NCBI GenBank assembly: GCA_003566715.1
Contig: PXCF01000139.1
Coordinates: forward strand, 18,275-82,274
Length of the DNA: 64,000 bases
Reading direction: 5' to 3'
Origin: Cryomorphaceae bacterium
GTDB taxonomy: Bacteria; Bacteroidota; Bacteroidia; Flavobacteriales; Schleiferiaceae
Made by a program: the position numbers and the translations under genes. Of this stretch, positions 29,468 through 37,796 are shown one piece after another. Each line of letters starts with the position of its first letter. Position 1 is the stretch's first letter. Below the pieces are notes generated by a model. That model did not search any database and was not told where the DNA came from. It saw nothing but the letters and a program-made list of their open reading frames with translations.

Positions 29468-30556
29468 ATGAACAGTTTCATCACGTCAATTGGTACCGCC
29501 GTACCGGAATACCAATATTCACTCGAATCCTTCATCGCCTGGGCTGAGTCAACGCATCAATTGCCGGTCTCTAAGCGCAAGTTGCAGTTTCTCGCCAAAG
29601 ATGCGGGTATCGACACCAAGCATACGGTGGTTGACGATTTCTCTTATAACGGGGAGGGCAGTCTCTACCAATGGAATAGTGAAGGCTACACCGATCCGTT
29701 AACGACCAAACGCTTGGAAAACTTTCTTCCCTTGGCTACCAAGCTCGGGGTAAAGGCAGCAGAAGATTGCCTCAAAAGCAGAGGTATAGAGACCTCCGAC
29801 ATCACCCATGTCATTGCAGTGAGTTGCACCGGGATTCAGGCGCCTGGATTAGAGATAGCCCTGCATAAGGCCTTGGCACTATCCAATCAAGTGGAGCGCA
29901 TGGCCGTAAACTTTTTGGGCTGCTACGCGGCCTTTCACGCCTTTAAAATGGCCGATTACATTTGTCGCGCCAATCCTTCGAGCAAGGTGTTGATTGTAAG
30001 TGTCGAACTTTGTTCCCTGCATTTTCGCAACGACGATACCAACGACAACTTATTATCCACCATTCTCTTTTCTGATGGTGCCGCTGCCGCCATCGTTGAA
30101 GGCAAAAAACCTCATAAAAGGACGTCATTTCAGTGGCGTACGTTTCATTCGGCACTCATTCGTGAAGGGGAAAGCGACATGGGCTGGCACATTGGCAATG
30201 GTGGTTTTGAAATGACATTAAGCAGCCGAGTTTCTCAGCATATTGGCAATCACATTCGCACAGTCTATCAGGAGTTGTTAGACAAATGCGCCATCAACGC
30301 GACCGACGTAAAAGGTTACGCCATTCACCCCGGCGGGAAGAATATACTGCGTGCCTTTGCCGATGCCATCGGGTGTGGTGAACATGATTTACACCCTTCG
30401 TTTGACGTGATGCGTCGGTACGGCAATATGTCTTCGGCGACAATTATGTTTGTGCTCAAGGATATCCTTCACGGCGATTACCCCGACGGCCATTACTACT
30501 CGGCGGCTTTTGGCCCCGGACTCACGGTGGAAAGCGGAATGTTTGTGCGCTCATGA
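29468..30556 (+). CDS. Type III polyketide synthase (chalcone synthase-like)
   Basis: Catalytic triad LGCYAA (Cys), IHPGG (His), YGNMSS (Asn); also VSCTG, VELCSLH, LFSDGAAA and AFGPGLTVE. Confidence 0.95.
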   Translation: MNSFITSIGTAVPEYQYSLESFIAWAESTHQLPVSKRKLQFLAKDAGIDTKHTVVDDFSYNGEGSLYQWNSEGYTDPLTTKRLENFLPLATKLGVKAAEDCLKSRGIETSDITHVIAVSCTGIQAPGLEIALHKALALSNQVERMAVNFLGCYAAFHAFKMADYICRANPSSKVLIVSVELCSLHFRNDDTNDNLLSTILFSDGAAAAIVEGKKPHKRTSFQWRTFHSALIREGESDMGWHIGNGGFEMTLSSRVSQHIGNHIRTVYQELLDKCAINATDVKGYAIHPGGKNILRAFADAIGCGEHDLHPSFDVMRRYGNMSSATIMFVLKDILHGDYPDGHYYSAAFGPGLTVESGMFVRS

Positions 30557-31266
30557 ATTTCCGACAGCGCTCATACGAAAAAGAACGGATGGATGCTCCC
30601 GATTTGCATCCCTCGGAGTTCCACAACAACCTCAAGGAAATCGTCCTTATCAATCGCTATCTCGGCGGCGCATCGGTTACCGTTCAAGGCATCAACGCAC
30701 TCGTAAAAGCGCATGATTTACAAGACCTACACATCACCGATATTGGCTCCGGTGCCGGGGATATTTTTCCCTATTTAGACAAAAAACTGCATCAATACAG
30801 TCCGCACTTTACCGCGGTAGACATCCAGTCGGAGGCGCAGACCTACTTGGAAAAGCATTACCCCGCCTACAAAGATAAAGTGGACTGGATCATCGACGAT
30901 TACAACCGGGTGTTTGAAAAAGAAAACGCCACCGATATCGTTACGGCCAGTTTGTTTTGCCACCATTTAAACGACGAAGAGCTGGTCGACTTTCTTCGTG
31001 GTGCCGTGCGCTATGCCCGTGTCGGTGTGGTCATCAACGACCTGCACCGTCATCCTTTTGCCTACCACAGCATACGTTTACTCACCAAATGGTTTTCAAA
31101 TTCCGCGTTCACTAAACACGACGCACCGCTATCTGTCAGACGTGGATTTACAGCCAGTGAATGGTCCGAGTATCTATCCGAGGCCGAAATTACCAATGCT
31201 TCCATAACGTGGAAATGGGCTTTTCGGCATTTGGTGGTGATACCTACAAACAACCAATTGTTATGA
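30553..31266 (+). CDS. SAM-dependent methyltransferase, PKS-associated
   Basis: DIGSGAGD, SLFCHH, INDLHRH, HDAPLSVRRGF. ATGA overlap with the PKS gene. Confidence 0.9.
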   Translation: MNFRQRSYEKERMDAPDLHPSEFHNNLKEIVLINRYLGGASVTVQGINALVKAHDLQDLHITDIGSGAGDIFPYLDKKLHQYSPHFTAVDIQSEAQTYLEKHYPAYKDKVDWIIDDYNRVFEKENATDIVTASLFCHHLNDEELVDFLRGAVRYARVGVVINDLHRHPFAYHSIRLLTKWFSNSAFTKHDAPLSVRRGFTASEWSEYLSEAEITNASITWKWAFRHLVVIPTNNQLL

Positions 31267-32363
31267 AACCACCTGTTGTCATCATCGGCGCGGGATTGTC
31301 GGGATTAAGCTTGGCTATACTGCTGCGGCGTTTGCAAGTCCCAGTAACGATCTTAGAGAAGGACATCTATCCCCGACAAAAAGTCTGTGGCGAATACATC
31401 TCCGTCGAATCGGAGGCATTTGTGCGTTCACTCGGGGTGGACACCACTCATTTACCGCACATCAACACCCTTCATTTGACGTCCAATCGGGGGCGAGAAG
31501 CGCAGGTGAAATTGAAGACCGGTGGTTTTGGCATCAGTCGCTGGACGTTGGATCATCAACTGGCGCAAATCGCCTGTGCGGAAGGTGCCGACGTGCAATT
31601 TGGCGTCACCGTTCGCAACGTAGAAGGCAACACCGTGCGTACCGTCAAGCACGGCGATATGGAAGCCTCTCACGTCATTGGCGCTTACGGAAAAAGCAAC
31701 CGCTTGAGTGAAATTGAACTCCCTAAAAACACCACCCATTACGTGGGTATCAAATACCACGTGAAAAGTGATGCGCCGCAAGACGTGATAGAGATGCACG
31801 TTTTCAAAGGTGGTTACTGTGGTTTTTCTAAAATCGAAGATGACTTATATTGTCTTTGCTACCTGGCCGATGCCGCGCCTTTGAAATCCTTTGGCGGTGA
31901 TATCGACGCCTTTGAAAAAGAGCACTTGAGTTTGAACCCCAAATTAAAAACCCGATTTGCGCAGGTGGAGAAAGTGGGTGAGCGGGCGGCCACCTCACAG
32001 TTTCACTTTGGTTCCTACCGCGGCCATGTCAACAACCAACTGCTCGTCGGCGACGCTTCGGGCTTTATTCCGCCCATTACGGGCAACGGGATGAGTTTGG
32101 CCTTTCGCTCCGCCGCCAATACAGCGCCCCTTCTGGCGGATGTTTGGCACGGAAAGTTGGAAGAACAAGCGCTTTATAAAATACAGCAAAATTACGTGGA
32201 TACCTACTTGCAAAAGCGCATTTCCAAGGGCGTATTTCTGCAAAACCTGCTCTTAAAGCAAAATTGGCTGAGCGATGCGGTTTTGTTTGCCGGGTTGAAT
32301 CATCTGCCGTTTTTGGGACAAGTGTTGGCGGATACAGCGGTGGGGGAAGAGTTTAGAATTTAG
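31263..32363 (+). CDS. NAD(P)/FAD-dependent oxidoreductase (geranylgeranyl reductase / aromatic hydroxylase-like)
   Basis: IIGAGLSG FAD motif, PRQKVCGEYIS, GDASGFIPPITGNGMS. ATGA overlap, start MKPP at 31263. Confidence 0.9.
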   Translation: MKPPVVIIGAGLSGLSLAILLRRLQVPVTILEKDIYPRQKVCGEYISVESEAFVRSLGVDTTHLPHINTLHLTSNRGREAQVKLKTGGFGISRWTLDHQLAQIACAEGADVQFGVTVRNVEGNTVRTVKHGDMEASHVIGAYGKSNRLSEIELPKNTTHYVGIKYHVKSDAPQDVIEMHVFKGGYCGFSKIEDDLYCLCYLADAAPLKSFGGDIDAFEKEHLSLNPKLKTRFAQVEKVGERAATSQFHFGSYRGHVNNQLLVGDASGFIPPITGNGMSLAFRSAANTAPLLADVWHGKLEEQALYKIQQNYVDTYLQKRISKGVFLQNLLLKQNWLSDAVLFAGLNHLPFLGQVLADTAVGEEFRI

Positions 32364-32380
32364 AATTGAAAATGCAGAAT
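32353..32380. repeat. Heptamer repeat (TTAGAAT-like x4) spanning the oxidoreductase stop codon
   Basis: ttagaat ttagaat tgaaaat gcagaat. Confidence 0.5.
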
Positions 32381-32384
32381 TACC

Positions 32385-32472
32385 GTAGAGACGCAATATT
32401 TTGCGTCTAATGAATAACCGCTGCCTATAGAGATGCGCACGGCTGTAGAGACGCACGGCAGTGCGTCTCTAC
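32385..32472. repeat. Cluster of GTAG-type REP-like palindromes
   Basis: GTAGAGACGCAATATTTTGCGTCTAAT at 32385, a partial copy at 32427, and GTAGAGACGCACGGCAGTGCGTCTCTAC at 32445. Confidence 0.75.
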
Positions 32473-32505
32473 ATTCGCCAATAACTGTCCAATACCCCTA
32501 TAGCA

Positions 32506-32636
32506 AAACCCCGTAGGGGTGATCGTGATTATAGAAAATATGTGTTCACCTATTCCCCACGAAACCCCGTTGGGGTGGCCGTAATTGTGCAAAAAAATTG
32601 TTTCGGTTGAAATCATCCACACCCCTAATTGGGTTT
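32506..32636. repeat. Second palindromic repeat family AAACCCCGTAGGGGTG
   Basis: Copies at 32506 and 32562 (56-bp spacing) and a degenerate inverted copy at about 32618-32636. Confidence 0.65.
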
Positions 32637-32740
32637 GCTGTTGTTGAGGTTTTGGCGTTTTATTCTCTCACACATACATGACCATCAATACAAATATAAG
32701 GCGCTAAATAATTTACCCGATAAAAACTCCTCTGCGTGAA

Positions 32741-32748
32741 TACCTTTG
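32741..32748 (+). promoter_or_regulatory. -7 promoter box (TACCTTTG)
   Basis: TAnnTTTG consensus upstream of the ATG at 32796. Confidence 0.55.
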
Positions 32749-32795
32749 CGTCACTTTAGGCACATTAATTGAAAGGTTCATAGAAAACATATCCC

Positions 32796-33545
32796 ATGAG
32801 AATTCTTATTTTGATTGCAATATTGACCGTTGGTTCGCTACATGCGCAAATGATCAATGCCAATACTGAGGTGTTTCACCGCGACGATAAAAGCAAGGTG
32901 GCATTTAAGGTGAATAAAGAGATCGAGGTGTATTCTCAACCCAATGACAAAAGCGGATGGTTTACGGTGAGAATGATTGTATTGGTGGAAAAGGCATCTG
33001 TCAGCGAAGAAGATTTGCTTGCCTCGGAGAGTTTTCTGTTTGATTTAGACGGAGAGAAGATTGGCGCTACGGTAGGGGAAATGTCCTTGCTGGAAAAATC
33101 CAAAGCGCAGGGAAGAAAGAATAAAGACAAGTGGGTGGCGGTCGTCGAAGGACAGGTGTTTAAGACGAAGTTTGTCCGCGGTACCGTACCGGAAATGACC
33201 TTAGAAAACATTTTTACATCGGGAAAAAAAGGAATGATGGCTCGTCAAGTGGACGACTACATCGAAGAGCATCGGTTGATTCGCGAAGATGTTGGCGAAT
33301 TTTCTTTCTACCCCATATACCGTGAAAACCATTCACTCAAGCGCGATAAAGATTTTAAGATTTTACTGGTGTACAAAAAAGGCGGTTCATTTTACGGCAT
33401 CGTTACCCATGATTTTGCTTTAGACATCCCCGCAAAAACCATCAAAGAAGACGCCCCCATCTACATGTACTTTCCGGTCATGAAAGCCAACGATCGCGAT
33501 CTGAATGAGATTTTTGAGCTCGTGTTTGAGTTTATTGCACTTTAG
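32796..33545 (+). CDS. Hypothetical exported protein
   Basis: Signal peptide MRILILIAILTVGSLHA-Q, 249 aa, no family recognised. Confidence 0.78.
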   Translation: MRILILIAILTVGSLHAQMINANTEVFHRDDKSKVAFKVNKEIEVYSQPNDKSGWFTVRMIVLVEKASVSEEDLLASESFLFDLDGEKIGATVGEMSLLEKSKAQGRKNKDKWVAVVEGQVFKTKFVRGTVPEMTLENIFTSGKKGMMARQVDDYIEEHRLIREDVGEFSFYPIYRENHSLKRDKDFKILLVYKKGGSFYGIVTHDFALDIPAKTIKEDAPIYMYFPVMKANDRDLNEIFELVFEFIAL

Positions 33546-33697
33546 TCAACCCGTGCCGTTAGGTACAGTATATCAGTAGCAAACTGATTAGTAACGAAGA
33601 TTCTAAAAAAATTAAAATTCCCGCATTAACATCCAATGCCTTATCAGCCTCACAGGCCTAACTTTAAACTATTCAGAGTTTGTCTACAAAGTTATTG

Positions 33698-33817
33698 CGG
33701 CTGAACTAGAAAGTCGAAAGCAAGGCTTGCGAATATTGAAAATTCGGGAGTTTACTGTAGTAAATGACCGGATTTTCAATTGAGCATAACGCACCTATCG
33801 GACTTTATAGAAAGCCG
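33698..33817. repeat. ~120-bp long-hairpin element, copy 1 (MITE-like or structured RNA)
   Basis: CGGCT..CTAGAAAGTC...GCAAGGCTTGC...GGAGTTTAC..GTAAATGAC...GACTTTATAG..AGCCG; nested inverted repeats; homologous to copy 2. Confidence 0.8.
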
Positions 33818-33818
33818 A

Positions 33819-34109
33819 CTAGAGTTTTCGTTTGATGGTTCCTGTAATCTCCTCAATCGCCTTCTTCCCCTCCTTAACCGCATCTGTAAGCGAATCCTTT
33901 GCACTGTTGTCTTCGTCTAAGTCATCGTCGTTAAGCGCGCTGTCATTGATGCTGTGCTTGATGTCTTCCGTGGCGTTTTTTACCATGCGAATGCCTTTGC
34001 CCAATTCACGAGCAATGGCGGGAATTTGTTTTGATCCGAAGAACATGATGACCATGAGAACGACAAAGCCCAACTCCCCGAAACCTATGTTGAATAGTAA
34101 GAACTGCAT
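33819..34109 (-). CDS. tatA: Twin-arginine translocase TatA/TatE family subunit
   Basis: IGFGEL, one TM helix, FFGSKQIP..AR.LGKGIR..K.A. Start MQFLL at 34109. Confidence 0.88.
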   Translation of the reverse strand: MQFLLFNIGFGELGFVVLMVIMFFGSKQIPAIARELGKGIRMVKNATEDIKHSINDSALNDDDLDEDNSAKDSLTDAVKEGKKAIEEITGTIKRKL

Positions 34110-34127
34110 AGTAATTTGATAATGTTG

Positions 34128-34135
34128 CAAAGGTA
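34128..34135 (-). promoter_or_regulatory. -7 promoter box (TACCTTTG) for tatA
   Basis: CAAAGGTA on +. Confidence 0.55.
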
Positions 34136-34181
34136 CGATACAAATTAAACGTCACTATGCTTTGGATTGTGCTTCAAATGT

Positions 34182-34218
34182 AAAAAAAGCGCCCAATGAT
34201 AAACTCAAAGGGCGCTTT
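34182..34218 (-). terminator. Rho-independent terminator downstream of secDF
   Basis: Stem AAAGCGCCC / GGGCGCTTT with an A-run on +. Confidence 0.7.
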
Positions 34219-34245
34219 GATTAAAAGCTAATACTATTACCTGTT

Positions 34246-34368
34246 TGGCTGTTCTAGAAAGTTTGAGAGCAAGGCTTGCAAAATTTAAAAATCAGGGAGT
34301 TTACAAATTAGTAAATGACTTGATTTTTAAATGAGCGTAACGAAGCTATCGGACTTTCTAGACAGACA
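34246..34368. repeat. ~120-bp long-hairpin element, copy 2
   Basis: CTGTTCTAGAAAGT...GCAAGGCTTGC...GGAGTTTAC..GTAAATGAC...ACTTTCTAGACAG; same orientation as copy 1. Confidence 0.8.
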
Positions 34369-34372
34369 GAAT

Positions 34373-37300
34373 CTAAGGTGTGTTACTGCCTTCAGCAATA
34401 GGTTTATTCTTACGTTCAATCTCACGCAAACGCGCCTTTTCCGTGTAAGTATCCACCATGATCGGGGTGGCAATAAACACGGATGAGTAGGTACCAACAA
34501 CCACACCAACCATCAAGGCAAACATAAATCCGCGTATCACTTCTCCTCCAAAGATGAAGATGATGAGCAATACGAAGAAGGTAGTCGCTGAGGTGTTGAT
34601 GGTACGACTGATGGTGCTGTTGACCGCTTCGTTGACCACTTCTTTAATGGGCTTTCGCTTACTGTGGGTGGCAAAATATTCACGAATACGGTCAAATACA
34701 ACCACCGTGTCATTCAGCGAGTAACCGATGACTGTAAGTATAGCTGCGATAAATGACTGGTCAATTTCCAAGCTAAACGGAAGGATACCATAGAAGATAG
34801 AGAAGAGCGCCAATACGACCAACACGTCGTGCGTGGCGGCACTAACCGCTCCCAAACTAAATTGCCAGCCTCTAAATCTCAAGAGAATGTAGAGGAAGAT
34901 AACCACGATGGAGAACAAGATGGCCCAGATGGCTGCTTGCTTAATATCTGCCGCAATGGTTGGTCCAACCTGGCGTTCAGCTACCACACCGTAATCGGCG
35001 TTGTTGGGGTTCATAAAGGAACTGTATTCGGTGCCTTCGGCAATGAATGGCTGTAAACCTTCAAACAGCTTCTGGCGAATGGCATCTTCTACTTCAATAC
35101 CTGATTCATCAATACGGTACTTCGTGGTGATGATAACCTGGTTGGCGTCACCGATGGTTTTTACGATAGGAGGTTGAGGGGTGCCACCTTCGTCTACGAA
35201 GACGTTACCCAGTTCCGATTGAATGTCTACCGTATTCACCGGCTCTTCAAATCGCACTTGGAACGAGCGACCTCCAACGAAGTCTACACCGTAGTCAAGG
35301 CCTTTGACGAATAGTGACACAATACCGATAACGATGATGATACCACTGATGAGGTATGATTTATTGCGTTTTCCAACGAAGTCAAATGACAAGTTGGAAA
35401 AGGCATTCATCGTCAACTTGCTACCAAACTTCACCGATTGTTTTTTAGCCAAACGGCTTTCAAGAATCAAGCGGGTAATAAAAATGGCCGAGAACAATGA
35501 GGTGAAAATACCGATAATCAAGGTGGTGGCAAAACCACGGATAGGTCCGGTTCCGAATACGTAAAGGATGATACCCGTAAGTAGGGTGGTGATGTTCGCA
35601 TCGAGGATGGAAGACATCGCTTGCTTGTAACCGTGTTCAACGGCTAATTTTAATCCTTTTCCGGCGCGGATTTCTTCTCGAACCCGTTCATAGATAAGTA
35701 CGTTGGCATCCACGGCAATACCAATTGTTAAGATGATACCCGCGATACCCGGTAGGGTAAGTACGGCTCCCAAACTGGCCAATACACCAAAGATAAAGAA
35801 CATGTTAACTACCAACGCAACGTTAGATGCTACACCGGCAACGTTGTAGTAGAAGATCATGTACATAAGAACAATAATCAAAGCCAATACAAAAGAGAAA
35901 AGACCAGCGCGAATGGCTGCTTGACCTAGTGAAGGTCCAACCACGTCGGCCTGTACGATACGAGCTGGTGCGGGAAGTTTACCAGCCTTGAGAATATTGG
36001 CCAAATCTTGTGCTTCAAGAATGGTGAAGTTTCCACTGATTTGTGTGCTTCCGCCGCTAATCTCAGATTGAACGGTAGGGAAGGAGTAAACCAAGTTGTC
36101 GAGTACCACGGCCACACTGCGTTTAGGTTCTTGACTGGAGGCTTCACGGGTAATTTTTTGCCATTTCTGAGAACCTACGGCATTCATGCGCATGTTCACG
36201 ATGGGGCGGTTGCGTTCGTCGAAGTCTTGACGCGCGTCAACAACGACATCTCCATCAAGAGCCGGCGTCATATCGCGGTTGCCTTTTAGTGCCAACAAGT
36301 AAACGAGTTGGTCGGGGCCTTCAGGCTTGGCAGACCAAGCAAAGCGAACGTAGCGCATAGAAGCAGGAAGAAGCGCACGAACCTGAGGCATTCTCAGGTA
36401 TTCGTTAACTTTTGCCGTATCCTGAACGCGCGTATATCCTACGATAGGGCCTCTTCCCGGACGGTTCTCTTGAAAGTCGTAGTTGGGAGCAAATACGTCA
36501 AAGAGCGGATTAAACAATTGTTCTTCATCGATATCGGTAGTGTCACCTTCATCAGACAACAAAGATTCAAAGTCGTCTTCTTGTGTTTGTTCGTCGAGAA
36601 TGGCGTCTAGTTCGTCGGTTGATTCATCGCCTTCGTCAATGTTGTCAGCGGCTTCTATGTCCAGCTGATCAATTTCGTCATCGCTCATGGGTTCGATATC
36701 TAAATCACCCAAAACATCACTGATGTCTGCATCACGATCTTCGCCTTCCGGACGCTCTACCAACGTACGTAAGCGCTCATTGGCTTGTCCTAAGAATTCG
36801 ATCAACTCAACACCTTCGTAGAGGTTCCAGAACTCTAGTTGCGCGGTGCTTTGCAATAGGCGTTTAACACGATCCGGATCTTTTACACCGGGAAGTTCTA
36901 CAAGAATACGACCGGTATTTTCCAGTTTTTGGATGTTGGGTTGAACCACACCAAACTGGTCGATACGAGCGCGCAATACGGTGTACACATTGGAAACGGC
37001 TGCTTCTACTTCGCCGCGTAGCTCTTCTTTGATTCTCGCGTCTTGGGCGTTAAAGCCAAGACGGTCGTTCATCATTTTTGTACCGAACAAACGAGAAGAA
37101 GCATAGTTGATTTTCTCTTCTTCATTGGCGATGATGCGATCCAATTCACGGAAGAATACGTTGACGTATAGTTCATTAGACCCCCCTACATTTTTATCTG
37201 CAGCTTCTATTGCCGCGATGAGTAATGGCTCTTCTTTGTCGTTAGACAATTCCTTGATGATGTCTTTTACCGATACTTCAAGGATGACATTCATCCCCCC

Positions 37301-37549
37301 TTTAAGGTCAAGACCCAAGTTGATCTCACGTTCTTTGACCTCACTGAATGTGTAATTGCGCAACCCTAGATTGTAAACTCTTTGATTGGCCATGGAGTCC
37401 AAATACGCATTTTCCTTTTCAACATCGCCATCGGCGTAAGCCTTTGCGGCCTTTTCAACGCGATACGTCACGAATGAAAATGACAACTGGAAAAGGCAGG
37501 CTAAGGCAAAAACAACGGCAAAGCCTCGGATTAACCCCTTATTTTGCAT
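34373..37549 (-). CDS. secDF: Protein translocase subunit SecDF (fused)
   Basis: LGLDLKGG, RIDQFGVVQPNIQ, VGPSLG, AVDANVLIYERVREE, GVDFVGG, GYSLNDTVVVFDRIRE. Confidence 0.97.
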   Translation of the reverse strand: MQNKGLIRGFAVVFALACLFQLSFSFVTYRVEKAAKAYADGDVEKENAYLDSMANQRVYNLGLRNYTFSEVKEREINLGLDLKGGMNVILEVSVKDIIKELSNDKEEPLLIAAIEAADKNVGGSNELYVNVFFRELDRIIANEEEKINYASSRLFGTKMMNDRLGFNAQDARIKEELRGEVEAAVSNVYTVLRARIDQFGVVQPNIQKLENTGRILVELPGVKDPDRVKRLLQSTAQLEFWNLYEGVELIEFLGQANERLRTLVERPEGEDRDADISDVLGDLDIEPMSDDEIDQLDIEAADNIDEGDESTDELDAILDEQTQEDDFESLLSDEGDTTDIDEEQLFNPLFDVFAPNYDFQENRPGRGPIVGYTRVQDTAKVNEYLRMPQVRALLPASMRYVRFAWSAKPEGPDQLVYLLALKGNRDMTPALDGDVVVDARQDFDERNRPIVNMRMNAVGSQKWQKITREASSQEPKRSVAVVLDNLVYSFPTVQSEISGGSTQISGNFTILEAQDLANILKAGKLPAPARIVQADVVGPSLGQAAIRAGLFSFVLALIIVLMYMIFYYNVAGVASNVALVVNMFFIFGVLASLGAVLTLPGIAGIILTIGIAVDANVLIYERVREEIRAGKGLKLAVEHGYKQAMSSILDANITTLLTGIILYVFGTGPIRGFATTLIIGIFTSLFSAIFITRLILESRLAKKQSVKFGSKLTMNAFSNLSFDFVGKRNKSYLISGIIIVIGIVSLFVKGLDYGVDFVGGRSFQVRFEEPVNTVDIQSELGNVFVDEGGTPQPPIVKTIGDANQVIITTKYRIDESGIEVEDAIRQKLFEGLQPFIAEGTEYSSFMNPNNADYGVVAERQVGPTIAADIKQAAIWAILFSIVVIFLYILLRFRGWQFSLGAVSAATHDVLVVLALFSIFYGILPFSLEIDQSFIAAILTVIGYSLNDTVVVFDRIREYFATHSKRKPIKEVVNEAVNSTISRTINTSATTFFVLLIIFIFGGEVIRGFMFALMVGVVVGTYSSVFIATPIMVDTYTEKARLREIERKNKPIAEGSNTP

Positions 37550-37588
37550 ACTGTAATTGTTTGTTAACTAATTTTTTTAAACGGACGG

Positions 37589-37596
37589 CAAATATA
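37589..37596 (-). promoter_or_regulatory. -7 promoter box (TATATTTG) for secDF
   Basis: CAAATATA on +. Confidence 0.6.
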
Positions 37597-37768
37597 TAAT
37601 ATTGATAAGGATAAATGAGGCATGGATTATAATTTGTCGCTTTTTTTTTGATTCATGAACTTGAATCACCCAAAAAAGCATAAATCACAATTGCCAGCTA
37701 CGGTTAATTAAGGTCAAAAAAAGATACATTTGTAACAAAAATCACGATTAAAAACGATCGTTATATTG

Positions 37769-37776
37769 TATATTTG
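37769..37776 (+). promoter_or_regulatory. -7 promoter box (TATATTTG) for the T9SS cargo gene
   Basis: TAnnTTTG consensus 20 nt before the ATG at 37797. Confidence 0.6.
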
Positions 37777-37796
37777 TTAGCTGAAATCACTTTGAT

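Noticed and set aside
33675..33692. AGAGTTTGTCTACAAAGT resembling an IS terminal inverted repeat
   Set aside because: Single short copy with no partner IR or transposase in the window.
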